From Phoronis australis (Eukaryota > Animalia > Phoronida), in the NCBI GenBank assembly GCA_002633005.1, contig NMRA01000031.1, positions 1,504,858 through 1,568,857 on the forward strand: DNA of 64,000 nucleotides, given 5' to 3'. The translations under genes and the position numbers were made by a program. Shown piece after piece: positions 39,427-53,300 of the stretch. Position 1 is the first letter of the stretch; every line of letters begins with the position of its first letter. The notes beneath the pieces were generated by a model, which was not told the DNA's origin, did no database searches, and saw only the letters and a program-made list of their open reading frames with translations.

Positions 39427-41492
39427 TTATAATAAAATGGGTATCGCGACGGCTCTTTATGGGCGGTTTCCTGAGCGGTTTTTGTACGTATCAAAAGCAG
39501 CCTAAACCGAGCAGGAAAACAGATATTGACGGTCTAGTGCCCTTACAAAAAGTAATTAAATGTAATTACTATTAAAATATAATGCTTGAATACGGCTTTA
39601 TTTGTCGATTTCTCCACTACTTTTGATGTGCAATGAGCTTTGCGTTGCACATTGGCTGTCATGCCGATTGCACAAAATTAACGGTTGTCATTTGCAACCC
39701 GGCGAAGGAAAACATTTGACCAAGCGACCCTACTGGCAGGGATCAGGTTGGCTTTTGACCTTTCGCTGCAAACTCGTTTTTTTAAAATCACTCAAGAAGC
39801 AATCTATATTGCAAAAAGCTCTACCAAAGAAAAAAGCAGCTCTTTTGGTATAAACTGTCCTATTCAAATTAATGTAAAACAATCTAAAGCTGTCGCCGCA
39901 ACAGTAATCTTCGCGGTTTCTGCTTTTGGTATAAACCCTACGTAACGAATCTGCTGTCCATTATAAAAGCGTACTGTTTTCAAGTCAACCTTTTTGTTAG
40001 GCAAAAATGCAACTTACTAGATTCTTTTTATTTAATAGGATACCAAAGCAGGTTCTGGATTTTTAACAAATATTTAAAACGACTTTCACATCCAGCTCTC
40101 TGAAACAAATCAATGCATGTCTCGACAACCCTTAAAAGTTTATAGGAGCGCAATTTGAACTCTCCGTACGTGGCGTGAGCTACGCTGTTGGCGAGTTACA
40201 CGAGGACCATAATGTCCAATTTGTGACACAAATAGTACGTATGGTGGCTGGGAAAGGACATGAGAATTATTTTTCCTAACTCAAGCGCCCGAGATATAAG
40301 TCGAACTCCTGACTAATACAAACGTAAGTTGTGTGTGAAGTATCCGACACTTATACAACCGTCTGAGCGCTAATGTTTGGATAGACACTCGTTTCCAATG
40401 TCTTAAAAATTTTAAACTCATGGTTTGTTGGTATTTATTTTCACAGTATGCCGTGAATGCATAAATAGCAGAGATTTGTTTTGACTCAGAATCTTGAAGT
40501 TTATGTTGAAATCATTAGCTCCAGAAATGATTAAAATTCAGTTCAAAGACAATAGTTCTACAATAACTTGAAATTTGCGAATTTGCGAACTTGACCTAAT
40601 TACAGCTTCTAGTGACTTTAAAAGGTGTCTTTGATTATCTAACAATTGCAACTGGTAAATTCGAAATATTTAACAAAATGACTGCTGCGTAAGTACTGTT
40701 GACTGTAACAGATGACATATTCTGCCAAATGTTACTTTTTAACCTATGAAATGTTATTTTTGTGAGTGAAATCTTTACATTTACTTTTTAAGCGGAAATT
40801 GACTGAATCTTACCCATATTCCCGAGTCACCAAAAAGGTCTGTAATCAGCATTCAGGGTGCCTACTAGTGCTCCTAAGATACTTTTGATCTGATTTTAAT
40901 AGTCTATGTCTATGACTATAACGTGTTTTTGAATTGACCTGACCATGCAGTATTTATTGTGCATCTTTAATTTATCTTCCGCGATGTAAAATTGACTCAG
41001 CGGTGTGAAGGAATACATGTTCCTCAAAAATATAACAGACACAAAGATAAGATACGCGGATTTTGTGAGATGCGGCCAGACACGAGAGTGCATGTCTTCT
41101 TCCCGTGCACGGGAGTTCAAAAATGTATTTAGGTTACTGTACTTTTAATGAAGACAAATTGTTGGCCAAGGCATTGGCACAACTTCTAGGTTGGCATTTC
41201 CGAATACGTATTGGGTACTGCCGTAACAAACCGTCTACGAAATCTCTCTACTATTGCTAACTGAGCGATAAACATCGTGAACTCACGAGACTTGGGTGCT
41301 GAAGCCATGCACGAGCTCAAGATTTCGAAATAAACAACGAAAAAATACATAACATTATTTACCTGCGTCGTAGACAATAACGACTACCTACGACGTAGCA
41401 GCATGCAGCATACAACTTCGGTTCTGGTACGGTAGGTTACAGTAACTTAACTTTTTAATTGAAAGCCACTTAACCACAGTCAGAAATCTGTG

Positions 41493-42268
41493 TAGCCAGC
41501 CAGCTAGCTGTATGAAGACTGTCGCCAAAATACAGCTAGGTCCCACTGTGTGTATTTCTTCCGTAGACCCCTAAATTGCACACAGCCTGGGTAGTTCTTC
41601 TCGTCACCGCGCCGTGAAACTTGTATCAACATGTAAAGCTAAAAACCGGACGGTGTGCATGCAAAATCTGGGAGTCAACCGACACTCACCTTTCCCATTA
41701 CAGCCGTTCAAGTGAAAAACAATGCAATAAACGTCATTTTCTTGTGTAACTCTCCGCCTTTTCTAACAATGAAAAGTATTTCGTCATTTTGAAAACAGTA
41801 CGCTCGTGTCACGCGCACGCGCCATTTCCTTAATTTTTGCGACATCTCTCGGGTGATGATGATAGCTTGGCAGCAGCAAAATTTCTTCCGAAATTCGATT
41901 TTTCGGTATCAAAATTCTAAAAACTTATAATGAAGTGAAACCAGTTCTGATAATTTGTTGTGACGTGTACGCAAGCTCGTGAAAGAACAACAGTTGATTG
42001 AAGAATCGGCGAAAAAAGAAACGGGCCTATAGGTGACGCCATATTACACAGCGCCGAAAGCCGTCGCTAAAGATCGCTCCACAACTTTAGCAGCAGAATA
42101 ACGGTAGAACGCCATTTTTGCCAACACCGTTAAATAATTTAGTTTACTCAAGGAAGACTGTAGTTTTTAATAACACCAATTTTGTGTCAGATTTTATCTT
42201 GCCACTTTTTTTACCCACATCGGTGCAAAGCTGTATAATTATATATATACAGCTTTCTACCAAGGCTA
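41493..42268 (+). mobile_element. Non-autonomous element with TAGCC...GGCTA termini (Academ-like), copy A
   Basis: Termini TAGCCAGCC / CCAAGGCTA. Matches 47350-47875 and 48960-49159 in reverse and 48280-48650 forward. Confidence 0.6.
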
Positions 42269-45200
42269 AAACCAGTGATACTCACGTATGCTGGCTTTGC
42301 TCGATGTTATATAGAGAGATGGGAATAAAAGAAATTTGGAATACTTTACCTTCACAGTTCTTTGAAAACGTACCATAATAATTCTCTCCTTTCTTCATGT
42401 GTTCTTCAGAAGAATTCGTATTCCCAAATTAAAGAAATATGCAGTTAGAATAGCCACTTTCAAAAACAGCTCTTTCGTATTTTTCCATTTCCGGCATTTA
42501 CCAGGGGCGAATCCAGGATTTTGAGTGAGNGGAATAACCTGAATTTCGCCTCATGCGTGCGCCAAGCCTAAAATGTAGGGGTCTCGAATTTTTGGGTTTG
42601 TGGACCTTATTACTTAAAAGAACGGTATTTGTTCAAGGCCTATGCATTGTGCATTCGCCACCCGAGCCCCCCCCCCTGGGTGCGCGCATATTCTAGTCAG
42701 CAATTCGCACCTCGAATTAACAAATGGAATCCAGGAGAATTTTAGGGGGGGTATGGCCCCCTTGTCCCCCCTAAGTCCGCCAATGCTTACACTCCCTCGA
42801 CAATATCTTCGTTTCCATATGGCAGACAAGCAAGATCTACTGGACCAGGACCCGGTTCCAAAAAAAACTGACTAAGACTGAATAGATACTGTTAATTAAA
42901 TCGCCGGGTGTTTAACAAGGCACATTTTGTATGAAACATTTTGATGTTTCCGCCTATACTGGCGGCTTCTTTCACCAACCGACCTTTTCTGTGTTCGTTA
43001 ACACCGTGTTGTGTATTTTGGTTCATGTGGGCCTTGCAACTAACGTAGGTAATATTTTGATTTGCAAAAATGGGCAAACTTGTCTGTCCAAAGGAATAAC
43101 TACCTTTTCTAACGTGTCTTTACATAATTACTAACAGGTCTTCTGACTAACCAAAATCTGTCGAGTGGGACTACCTTTACGCAGTGAAACCACAAAAAAT
43201 GCGGAGTTCATCAGAAGGAAAGCCTAACTTAAATGCCTTAATGGTGCATCGCCAAAGGTCTTTATCGAAGCGTTTTTGGATAGTGCAAAAACACTCATCG
43301 ATTCCACCAGGAACGTCGTTTAGCGACAGTGTATTTGCCTCTGACATCTTGTTTGTTTATAGGGTGTCATGTGACTCTTGGTGAGGGGGCGGAGCTTGCG
43401 ATGTGTCTATACTGGACAGCTGTTTAGTGGTGACGTCAGATCACGTGGCTTTATACTCCCGGGGTCAAGCAAAGTGGATTACACTAAATCCAATCAGAGA
43501 ACTTTAGCCCCGAAGTGCCAACTTCGATGAAGACGGTTGTAATTTGGGTGCTGAAAAAAAAAAAAACAGTGAAGAAGTGGCGGATCGTGGGAAGACCGCT
43601 ACAAAATTTTTGATGGGCATCGGATACTCTTTGGCTGTTCAGATCCACACCAAAAATATGAGCGGGCGGCGAACTTGTGTGGACTGTGACAGAACATTGT
43701 TTATGAATTTATAAAACGCAGTCTAACTCTGCTATATAATTTGCATTAAACAGGCACATCTGTGTTGTGAGTAATTAATAGCGGGCTATCAGTGGGAAGC
43801 CGGCATGCAATATTGGCCTATATAGTTAACAAAAGTGTTACATATACTTCCAAAATTATTTAAGCAGGAGGTTGGCTGGCCGAGCAGGGGCGGTGAAAAT
43901 AAATAATTCCTTGTGACACTGGGCCTGTAGAAGGTCTCAAAAAAGGCATCGAACCTTCTGTCGCATTTTGCCACAAAACTCAAACATGACTTTTGTACAG
44001 CTGTTACCTTTAGTAACTATCTTGAGCGGACTGAAAATTGGCAACCAGATGTTTGAAAATCCTCGCTTCAATTTTTACCTTCGAATTTTCAGTTACAGTA
44101 TGAGAACTTTATCATCGTCAGTCACCGAAAACATTCGGATGCATTAGTTAGCGTTGAAAAAACAACTTACTCAGACTTTGCTAGAGACGACCGTTTTTTT
44201 GAAAAAAATTATCAGCATGTTCAACAAGACGAGATAGCCAATTCCCGTTTTCACCCCATCGGTCAAGCCGATGCACGGTTTGCATTTTCAGTGAAGGAAC
44301 AAAACTGCGTAACAGTCCATCTATTCTTTTTCCAGTTAACATTACGATATGACCATCGGCACATTTTGATTAGATATGTTTATTGTTCTGTTTCCATTTT
44401 AAGTAGACATTCGCTTTGCCAATGGACTCTGCGTTCAGCACATCGCACAATAAAACAAACTTATAATGTTGTGTCGGTCAAGTTGTATCTCATGACTCAC
44501 GAAAACATCCCGTGCCGACCGCAATGTTCCATCCAGCACAGACAAGAACCGGCCACAGTGGTAAAATGCCGACCCCTTAACTCGCCCGTCAGAACTGAAC
44601 ATGCTCGTGCTTGACAAAAGTATCCAAAAGTATCATTGGCCATAGTGACAAAATACCCGCAGACAAGCCGCAATGGCTGGGTTACGAAGTGGAGCAGCAG
44701 ATTGGTCTAGATGCCGGCATGAAAACTGAGGGCACATACCAGCGACGCCTTTTTGGTCGTGTCAGTAGGGTAAGGGTCCCCAAAGTTGATTCTGGAGATC
44801 GGTGTTTTGTTTATTTTTAGATACATGTCGACCGCGTAGGCGAGGGCCTCCTCGTTGCAAGAGTCGACACTGTGATAAATTGTATAAAACTTCGATTACT
44901 GACAAACAACCTCTTGTTGACTTGCTGTTACGGCAAATGTCGAAGTGGCGGACTAGCAGTCACTGACCACGGAGGTGAAAGTGACAATTTTAGACAAAAC
45001 AATAGGAAAATCATGCGCTCTTCTCAACTTAAAAAACCTTGTGCCGATCATATCGCCGAGTTGCGATTTTGAAACTTTATTTATTACTAACATTATATCT
45101 TCGTAATACTGAACTTGTATCATTCTCCGTGAAAATGAACAGTGTTTTTAACACCAGTTGTTGGCTTTTGCCCGCGACCAAGGCTTCGTCTTTCATCGTA

Positions 45201-46994
45201 TTACCGAACTTGTATGATTCACAGTGAAAATGGTAATAATTTACAAGGCTCCGCTTTCCATTATATTACATTGTCTCGTTAGGAGTCACGTCGTGACAAC
45301 CATATCATCGCGTGTAGATGACAGAGTAATCCTTTACTTCTCAAAACATCAGAAAAACCGGGATTTGTACACTATCTGCTCACGAGGCTGAGGCTCAATG
45401 TCCATTCTCGTGCTCAACAAACCTAGGATTCTAAGACATTGAGATGTAAAATCAAGGAGATACTTGTGATGCAACAGCATGCAGCATTGTCCTACCGGGT
45501 ATTTCGGTAATGGTTTTTCTTTTCAAATTTAACGATGCACTTGTATTCTTATCAGTGGCGTTAGCAGCTCATTTTTAACCACGCAAAATGCAATAATATT
45601 GCAAAACTCGACTGTGCTATACACATTTCAATCAGAACACAAGGTGTGTAAACATATGGTGATGAAATTGGTTTTTTACAACAAAATAACGCCCAAAATT
45701 GCTTCACTGCAGTTTTCAATAGAAATTGTGTTCTGTAAGTACGACGTAAGAACCAGTGCTCCGTTTCATGGAAAGTGACTTAAAGCTTAAGACCAAATCT
45801 TTGTCTAAGTTGAAATTAAAGTTCGGGCCAAGTTATTTAGAAAAGACAATTTCATGAACACAAAGTCAGCTTTTATTCTTCGGTCTTAAAATTGAAGACA
45901 GACATTAAGTCGGTTTTTGACACAGGCGAGCATACAGCTCTCGCTACCAGCTGCGGATTCACAACACTAAGCGAAGTTTTGTGTAACGTGCGGTTTCAGA
46001 ATAAACTTGGTCTTGACCATAGACATCTTAAAACTGTATCATGTCTATGATCTTGACACTCTGAGTTAGGCTACTCCGTGTTTGCAACATGTTTGGATAC
46101 AACTGGCATCTCGTTTACTCGAGAAGACACTGGTATGGCTGGAAAACATCATTTCACATGTGCAAGTAAGTTATAAGGCATTGTCTGTACGGAGCTGGCT
46201 GATTCTCGACTCATATTAGACGATCGTTTAGGGACATTACTGTGTGAAAAATTAACAAAACTTGTTCCTCAGCAGTTTACAGCAACCGTCGTTTCTATTA
46301 CGACCAATTCCAAGGGCGGATCCATGATTTTTTTTGTATGGCCAGGATTTTGCCCATTAAACATTTGCACCCCCCAACTGCCAAATGGAATCTGGGAGAG
46401 TTTAAGGGGGGGGGGGGGGGCGCAGGCATGGCCCCCTCAGCCCCCTCTAAATTTGCCACTCAATACAGCCACTACTATGCCTATTACAACCAGCAGCATT
46501 ACTGTAACCAGGACTACTATCTGCAAGTACTGTTATCTGTTATTGATACTACCATCTGCTAGGACTGTGATCTAACAGTACTACTATCTGCCAGTAATGG
46601 GATCTACCAGTTTTACTATCTGATAGTACTCTGATGTACTAGTACTACTAACTGCTAGTACTGTGATCTACCAGTGCTGCTATCTACTTGTAGTGCGATC
46701 TACCAGTACTGTTATCTTCTAGTAATGTGATCTACCGGTATTACTATCAGCTGGTACTCTGATCTTCCAATATTGCTATCAGCCAGTACTCTGATCTACC
46801 AGTATTACTATCAGCTAGTACTCTGATCTACCAGTATTACTATCAGTTAGTATTCTGATCTACAAATATAACTATCAGATGGTAATCTGATCTACCAGCA
46901 TTACTATCAGCTAGTATTCTGATCTACCAGTATTACTATCAGCTGGTACTCTGATCTATCAGCATAACTATCAGCTAGTATTCTGATCTACCAG

Positions 46995-47145
46995 GCGTAC
47001 GTTCAGTAGACGCTAGGACCTACGCTAGGACCTAGCTGAAATCTAGTCAACACCACGTGTTCTCATTTAAAATACACGGCAATATCTCTTGTAATCTGGC
47101 GAAGTCTTGCTTTATAGCGAGGTCCTAGCGTTACTGAACGGGAGG
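46995..47145. mobile_element. 151-bp Harbinger-like MITE inserted in the minisatellite
   Basis: TIR CGTTCAGTA(G)ACGCTAGGACCT / AGGTCCTAGCGTTACTGAACG. CAG TSD at 46992-46994 and 47146-47148. Array register resumes afterwards. Confidence 0.8.
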
Positions 47146-47349
47146 CAGTATTACTATCAGCTGGTACTCTGATCTACCAGCATTACTATCAGCTAGTATT
47201 CTGATCTACCAGTATTACTATCAGCCAGTACCCTGATCTACCAGTATTACTATCAGCCAGTACCCTGATCTACCAGTATTACTATCAGCCAGTACCCTGA
47301 TCTACCAGTATTACTATCAGCTGATACCCTGATCTACCAGCATTACTAT

Positions 47350-49159
47350 TAGCCTTGGTAGAAACTGTAAACTAAATATACAGCTTTGCGCCGATATGGG
47401 CAAAAACGTGGTAAGATAAAATCTGACACAAAGTTGGTGTCATTTAAAACTTCAGTCTTCTTTGAGTAAACTAAATTATTCAACGATGTTGGAAGAAAAG
47501 GGCATTCTCCCGTTAATCTGCTGCTAAAGTTGGTGACGGCTTTCGGCGCCATGAAATATTGCGTCACCTATTGGCCCGTTTCTTTTTTCCTGTGATTTTT
47601 TAACCAACTGTTCTTCTTCCACGAGGTTTCGTAAATATTACAACAACTTATCGGATCTGGTTTCATTTAGTTACAAGTTTTTTCAATTTTGATACCGAAA
47701 AAACGAATTTCAGAAGAAATTTTGCGGCTCCCAAACTATCATCATCTCCCGAGAGATGGCGCGTGCGCGTGGCAAGAGGGTACTGTTTTCAAAACGACAA
47801 CATAGCTGTTCTTTGTTAGAAAAGGCAGAGGATTACGCAAGAAAATGACATTTACTAGATTGGTTTTCACTTAAAATGGAACTATATTTTATTCTGAAAA
47901 TTTTTTGCATGGTTTTCTATGAGATGTAATGATTAATTTCACACATAAGTCAACAGCAAAAAGTAAACTAATATTCTCTAACGAGCTTGGAACGCTAATT
48001 CTCGGGATGTGCTATTTGGTGGGGGTAAAGTCAGTGTCCTATGATAGCGTGCAGTCAAGTGGCGTTGTGAAATGTCGGGTCACCATGAATACCTGTTTGA
48101 GCTGAGGCAACACAAAGTGAGACCCAGTCATTGTCATTGTCAGACGAAAATTTGTCGGTGCTACCAGTCGGTATCAACAATTTATGTAGGTGTGACTGTG
48201 GACAGTGTGGCCCCCCAGCCAGTCAGCCAGCAAATACTCAGTTCTGTAAACTTGAAGGATTGGTTAGTTACAGACAATAGCTGTAAGAAGACTATCGTAC
48301 CACTGTGTGTTGGGCTCCGTTAGACCCCGAAATTTCACACAGCCCGTTGAATACCCGGGTATATTTAATTTAGTCTACACATGTATTCTCGTCACCTCGT
48401 CGTAAAGCTTACGTCAACATGTAGAGCTAACGGACCTGCGGGGTGCATGAAAATTCTGGTAGTCAACCGAGATTCACCTTGTTCGTTGAGGCTGCCGGTC
48501 TAAGTAGAAAACAATCAAATAAACGTCATTTTCTAGCATAATTCGCCGCCTTTTGTAACAAAAATGTGTCCTCCGATGTATTATAATGTTTTCAAAAACA
48601 GCACGCTCGTGACAAGACGTACGCGCCATTTCCTAAAATTTTGCGACGTCGACATGGCGAACCTTTTACAGCACTGTGTCAAACAGTAAAAAATTAGAAC
48701 GACAGATACAATGATAAAATAAGATGTAAACTCTTCACAATGTGGCATAAGTAATGAATGTGAAAAGCAGGCGATACCCCACCAGGCTCGTCACTGACAC
48801 ATCAGCCAATCAGCGATAGCTGTTAGGATTTCAGTAATTTGACCATGAATACGAATCGGCTTTTGTTTGACGCGCAAGTCGGGCAAATGTGAGTTTTATT
48901 TGTATGTTGAAAACAATTCACTGCAACATTATTTTGACTACAGTGCCCTTTTAAACAGCTGTAACGGGCAAGGTGATTGTCGTTTGATTCCCAGATTTTG
49001 CATGCACCCCGGCGTCCGGTGTTTAGCTCTACATGTTGATACAGGTTTCACGGCGAGGTGAAGAGCAGAACTACTCTGGCTTTGTGCAATTTCGGGGTTT
49101 ATAGAAGAAAAACGTACAGTGGTACCACTGTTTTTTTCATACAGCTAGCTGGCTGGCTA
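47350..49159 (-). mobile_element. TAGCC...GGCTA element, copy B (composite), inserted in the minisatellite
   Basis: TAT|TAGCC...GGCTA|TAT 3-bp TSD. Contains an oppositely oriented related fragment at ~48200-48650. Confidence 0.7.
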
Positions 49160-49619
49160 TATTATTATCCCCTAGTACTCTGATCTACCAGTATTACTGT
49201 CAGCTAAACCTGTGATCTACCAGTATTACTATCGGATAGTACTATGATCTACCAGTACTACTATCTGCTAGTAATGTGATCTACCAGTATTACTATCTGC
49301 TAGTACTCTGGTCTGCCGTATTACTATCTACTTGTACTATGATCTACCAGTACTGCTATCTGCTAGTAATGTGATCTCCCAGTATTACTACATGCTAGCA
49401 CCGTACTCTGACTTATCAGTATTACCATCAGCTAGTACTATAATCTACCTCTACTGCTATCAACCACTACTTTTACAACTGCTACTAGTTTCTACTATTG
49501 TTTCAACAGCTGATACATGATAGATTTTCCACTTCAACTTCTAGTACTTCTCAACGTTGTTTTTACTACTCCTGCCTTAGCTATTGGCTTCCACTCAACT
49601 ACTGCTATTTCTGGTATGC

Positions 49620-50010
49620 AGTGGCTCTGGTGTGCGTGAACTTAGAATCCTGCGTAATCTCAAGATCGCGTATGCATGAATTTGGTGTTGAATATTCATC
49701 ATGGACAGTCAGGTGAATTTCACTGTTTAGTGTATAGGTTATTGACCTCATGATCACCCATTTTTGCCTTTAGCGTACTAACTTGTGTCAAAGAATCGAA
49801 TGAATATGTGAATGGTTAAATCAAGGTCGCCAATAGTTGAAAATTTACGTTATGTTATGGACATGTGACTTGATTTGGTGCAGTGCAAATTTTTATCAAC
49901 GTGAACGTGTTTATAGATTATGTCAAGGTTCCTCATGTATTTCAAATTCACGCATACGCGATCTTGAGATTAAGCAAGATTCCAAGTTCACTCGCAGCAG
50001 TTCTGCCACA
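49620..50010. mobile_element. MITE with ~65-bp TIRs
   Basis: GTGAACTTAGAATCCTGCGTAATCTCAAGATCGCGTATGCATGAATTTG vs CAAATTCACGCATACGCGATCTTGAGATTAAGCAAGATTCCAAGTTCAC. Confidence 0.75.
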
Positions 50011-50330
50011 TGGGAAATGATTCCGCACAACTCGTTTTTTTAAGTTTTCAGCAGACCTCGTCTACCATTAAATCACTTGAATCTTTCAACCCTGGTCTAC
50101 CCTGTCTACCCTGGTCAAGCGACAGAAGCTGTGATTTATAGTTTTTTTGCATCTTATTATAAAACTGGATGATGCCCATCGTATTAACGAAAAGCGGGTT
50201 CATCATAGCCACTTTAGAAGGTAACCTCAAAACAGAGTAAGATGAAATCCACCTGGCTAGGTTTTGCAACGCCATTAAATGCAGTTAATGTGAACAATTG
50301 ATATTGCAGGTTAGCACTACACTGCTCAGA

Positions 50331-53300
50331 ATGAACGCCTGTCAACCTACAAAAGATGTCACGGCTCCTCCTCCAGTCCGCTCAAAGTAGGCTTTACGAA
50401 ACAGACAATATATGCTAAAACAGAAGACACTATCGCACTGAATACATACGTCTGAGCACCCACTACTTACGCATGGTGACTTTTTGATCAAGGAATAAGA
50501 TGACATGTTAAATTGATACTGGTGACTTTAATGAACCATTTCCTGATATAAATCGATCTAAAGATATTCACGTAGGCTACATAGTGGCACGGCGAAAACG
50601 AGGCTAAGCAAGGTGGCAGGCAAAACACAATTGCTACCACATAAGTGGCTCCGCAAAAAACCTGGTGAATACTGCTGTGTTTCTCTTCAGCAACACCATA
50701 ATCCAAAATGATCTTGTATTTCACAACTTCACTTCAAACCACAAACGAAGAACAAAAATGAACACAGTGTCTTAAAGATACATATGCATGCTTCTAACAA
50801 TGCTATTTGAACATCATCTACGCTAAACAAAGCGACGTTGTGTCCATTGACAACAAATGTGAAAACAAAAAATTGTGCAAATAATGTGACCTTTGCACGA
50901 ATGGCTCACATTTGGGGCTCACATAGACCGGATCATGCGGTGTTATTCCCGACACCACGTCACGACACTTAATGAACACGGTTAAGTGATTTATGATGGA
51001 TCATTTTTGACACAAAACTAATGCTTAAACAGCTTGGCAATTTTAAACATACACCATATTCATATCGTCACTGTATGTTGTGTTTCTAATTTGACCAAGC
51101 TATCACAGAGATAAGGAATTAGAGCGCAAGTTCCACTTTAAGTAACGAGGTGGTGCGTGCACATAAAATAACTCCTTCGACCACTGCTGCGAAATAAAGT
51201 CTTGAAGATTCTTTTTCATGCGTCAGTGCAGGGCTTTTAAGTCACCAGTAGACTGCTGATCTTGTCATATTGAAAATGTTCATTCATTGAAAGATTTTAA
51301 AATATTAACCAATGCCATTAGACTACGTGCTAATTAATTTTACTTATGCCTCACAGAGCCTGCCGCAATATGGGACCACACTATTTCTGAGACTTAGCGT
51401 TTATTATAAATCTCAAAACTACTACGACAAAGACCCGACGTTTATTAATATTGGCGAGTGTTCTGATACCCACGGCTTCTGTTTGAAAACTGCCTTCTGT
51501 CAGCCATTTTACGGTTCTTCGAGCGTTCCATTTAAATTCAGAACGAGCAACTTGACGTATCGGTAATATGTTATTCATAAATATCCAAATGCGTCACCAG
51601 TACCATTGAAACTTCCACCAGTTCACCGAGAGACCACGAAATAACAAAGGCTAAGACTTCACTTGCTGGTCATACAAACATGACGTCATATGGCGCCCAT
51701 AAGCCATTTATTTAACTTGCGACATACATGCAAAGGCCGTAAGATTGTCGCATGGTGATCACCTACTGTACGCTACCACTGTTTTCCCTTGTTGCGTCTT
51801 TGTTGGGTATGACAATGCAGGTCGCAGAGATATCGTGCATCAGCCGGTTCCCGATAAATGCTTTTCATTAGAGAACTTTCGTAAAGCGACGTGATTGCTA
51901 ATTATCAGGCATATATAATTTCCGCGTCATACTGTCACTGTTGGCTGACGTAACCCCGTTAGTGGCTCTTAAAGTCCAGCTGAAGAAAAGCCTTTTTCCA
52001 AAATCCTTATTCTGTCGAGGTTCACTGCATATCATCGAACTGGAATGGATTTTAAGAGATATGATTTTGTGTTTATTGTCAATTTTTTACATTCTTAATT
52101 TGAATGCATCTATTTATTATAAATTGCAAATAAATTACTCGTCATAAGAGTTGACCATTTTCACAGGAGTTTGTACAAACAACTTTTTACAGTCAACATA
52201 CATTCCCATCTTGTATACCTGTAGCAGAATGACATGCAGTAAAATACAGCATAATTAAACAAAACACATTTTATTCAACGTACTTGTATCGATAGTTATC
52301 AACTTTCTCAAAGAAAAACATGATGCATAGCTGAAAATACGAGAGCAAGATGTAACACTGGAAGAAGTTTGAAATAGAGAAGAAAGAAACGGAGTGGGGG
52401 CTAGCTGCAGAACACAACACGTTTAATCTCATCGAAAAATAAACCAAAAATTTGATGAAACTGGATTGACTGATTTGTGTTAGATGTTGTGAGAATGAAA
52501 ATAAAAGAAAATGCATTAGCAGAGCGATTTATAAGTGGTTTGTAATCTAGCGGATATGTACTATAATAACTGGACACCCTGAGCTCAGTTATTCAGTTCA
52601 CGTCTACTTTCACATGCACGTAAAAATTTAGCTGCTGCGAAATCCATTTTTCTTACCGTAACGTGAATCGGTACGCGAATTATATATTAGTGATAATTCA
52701 CGTTCACGTCACTGTGCGAAACCTCTCTACTACTTTTACTATAAAATGTGAACAAAGAATGCACCAATCTACGACCGATTTCTATGTTACCAGCTTGCGA
52801 CCTCCTTTCCCATGGCCGACACGATGCTAGTTCAGTACGTCAATTACCAGCTTTTCTGTATAAAACCTTAAATGTTTTCTTGAACTGTTCGTTCCTGGGA
52901 CAACTGAATCTCTTTTTGATGAACTCCTCAACACAGCAAAAACTTGAATCCGATCCACCCGTGACACAAAACGCCTGTACCCGAGGTGGATACAGTCATT
53001 ACATTACGAACCGTGCCAAACTTTGTCTTCGCATTCCGAAATATCAAAGAGGCTCTTTTTTAGAATTCTGTATAATTATTGGCGTCAGGTAATGAGATAT
53101 GCCTATCGTAGTGGGGGACAGCAATTTACGTTATTGAATAAAGATGTAATGCAGTGTGATTTTCCATGTCGCCAATCTTTCCCTTCCGTGTGGTTGGAGA
53201 TTCAAAGAAGTCACAAGTCAAATTCTTAGTAATCAAAAGGTCCGTGAATGAAAGAAATTTGTGTTTCCAACGTAGTGCACTCGGTCAAACTTCCCACCCA

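Larger units (their letters stand above)
46470..49620. repeat. 32-bp minisatellite (CTGATCTACCAGTATTACTATCAGCTAGTACT) split by two insertions
   Basis: Array blocks at ~46500-46994, 47146-47349 and 49165-49460, decaying into ACT-rich sequence. The unit is a dimer of 16-mers. Confidence 0.9.

Noticed and set aside
43780-44860. Possible decayed coding region
   Set aside because: No recognisable motifs in any frame.
46500-47349. CRISPR-like regular ~32-bp repeats
   Set aside because: Units are contiguous with no unique spacers, there are no cas genes, and the context is eukaryotic; it is a minisatellite.
50488-52516. Two hydrophobic - strand ORFs suggesting a nested antisense gene
   Set aside because: No recognisable motif and no consistent exon chain; T-rich sequence readily yields hydrophobic ORFs.
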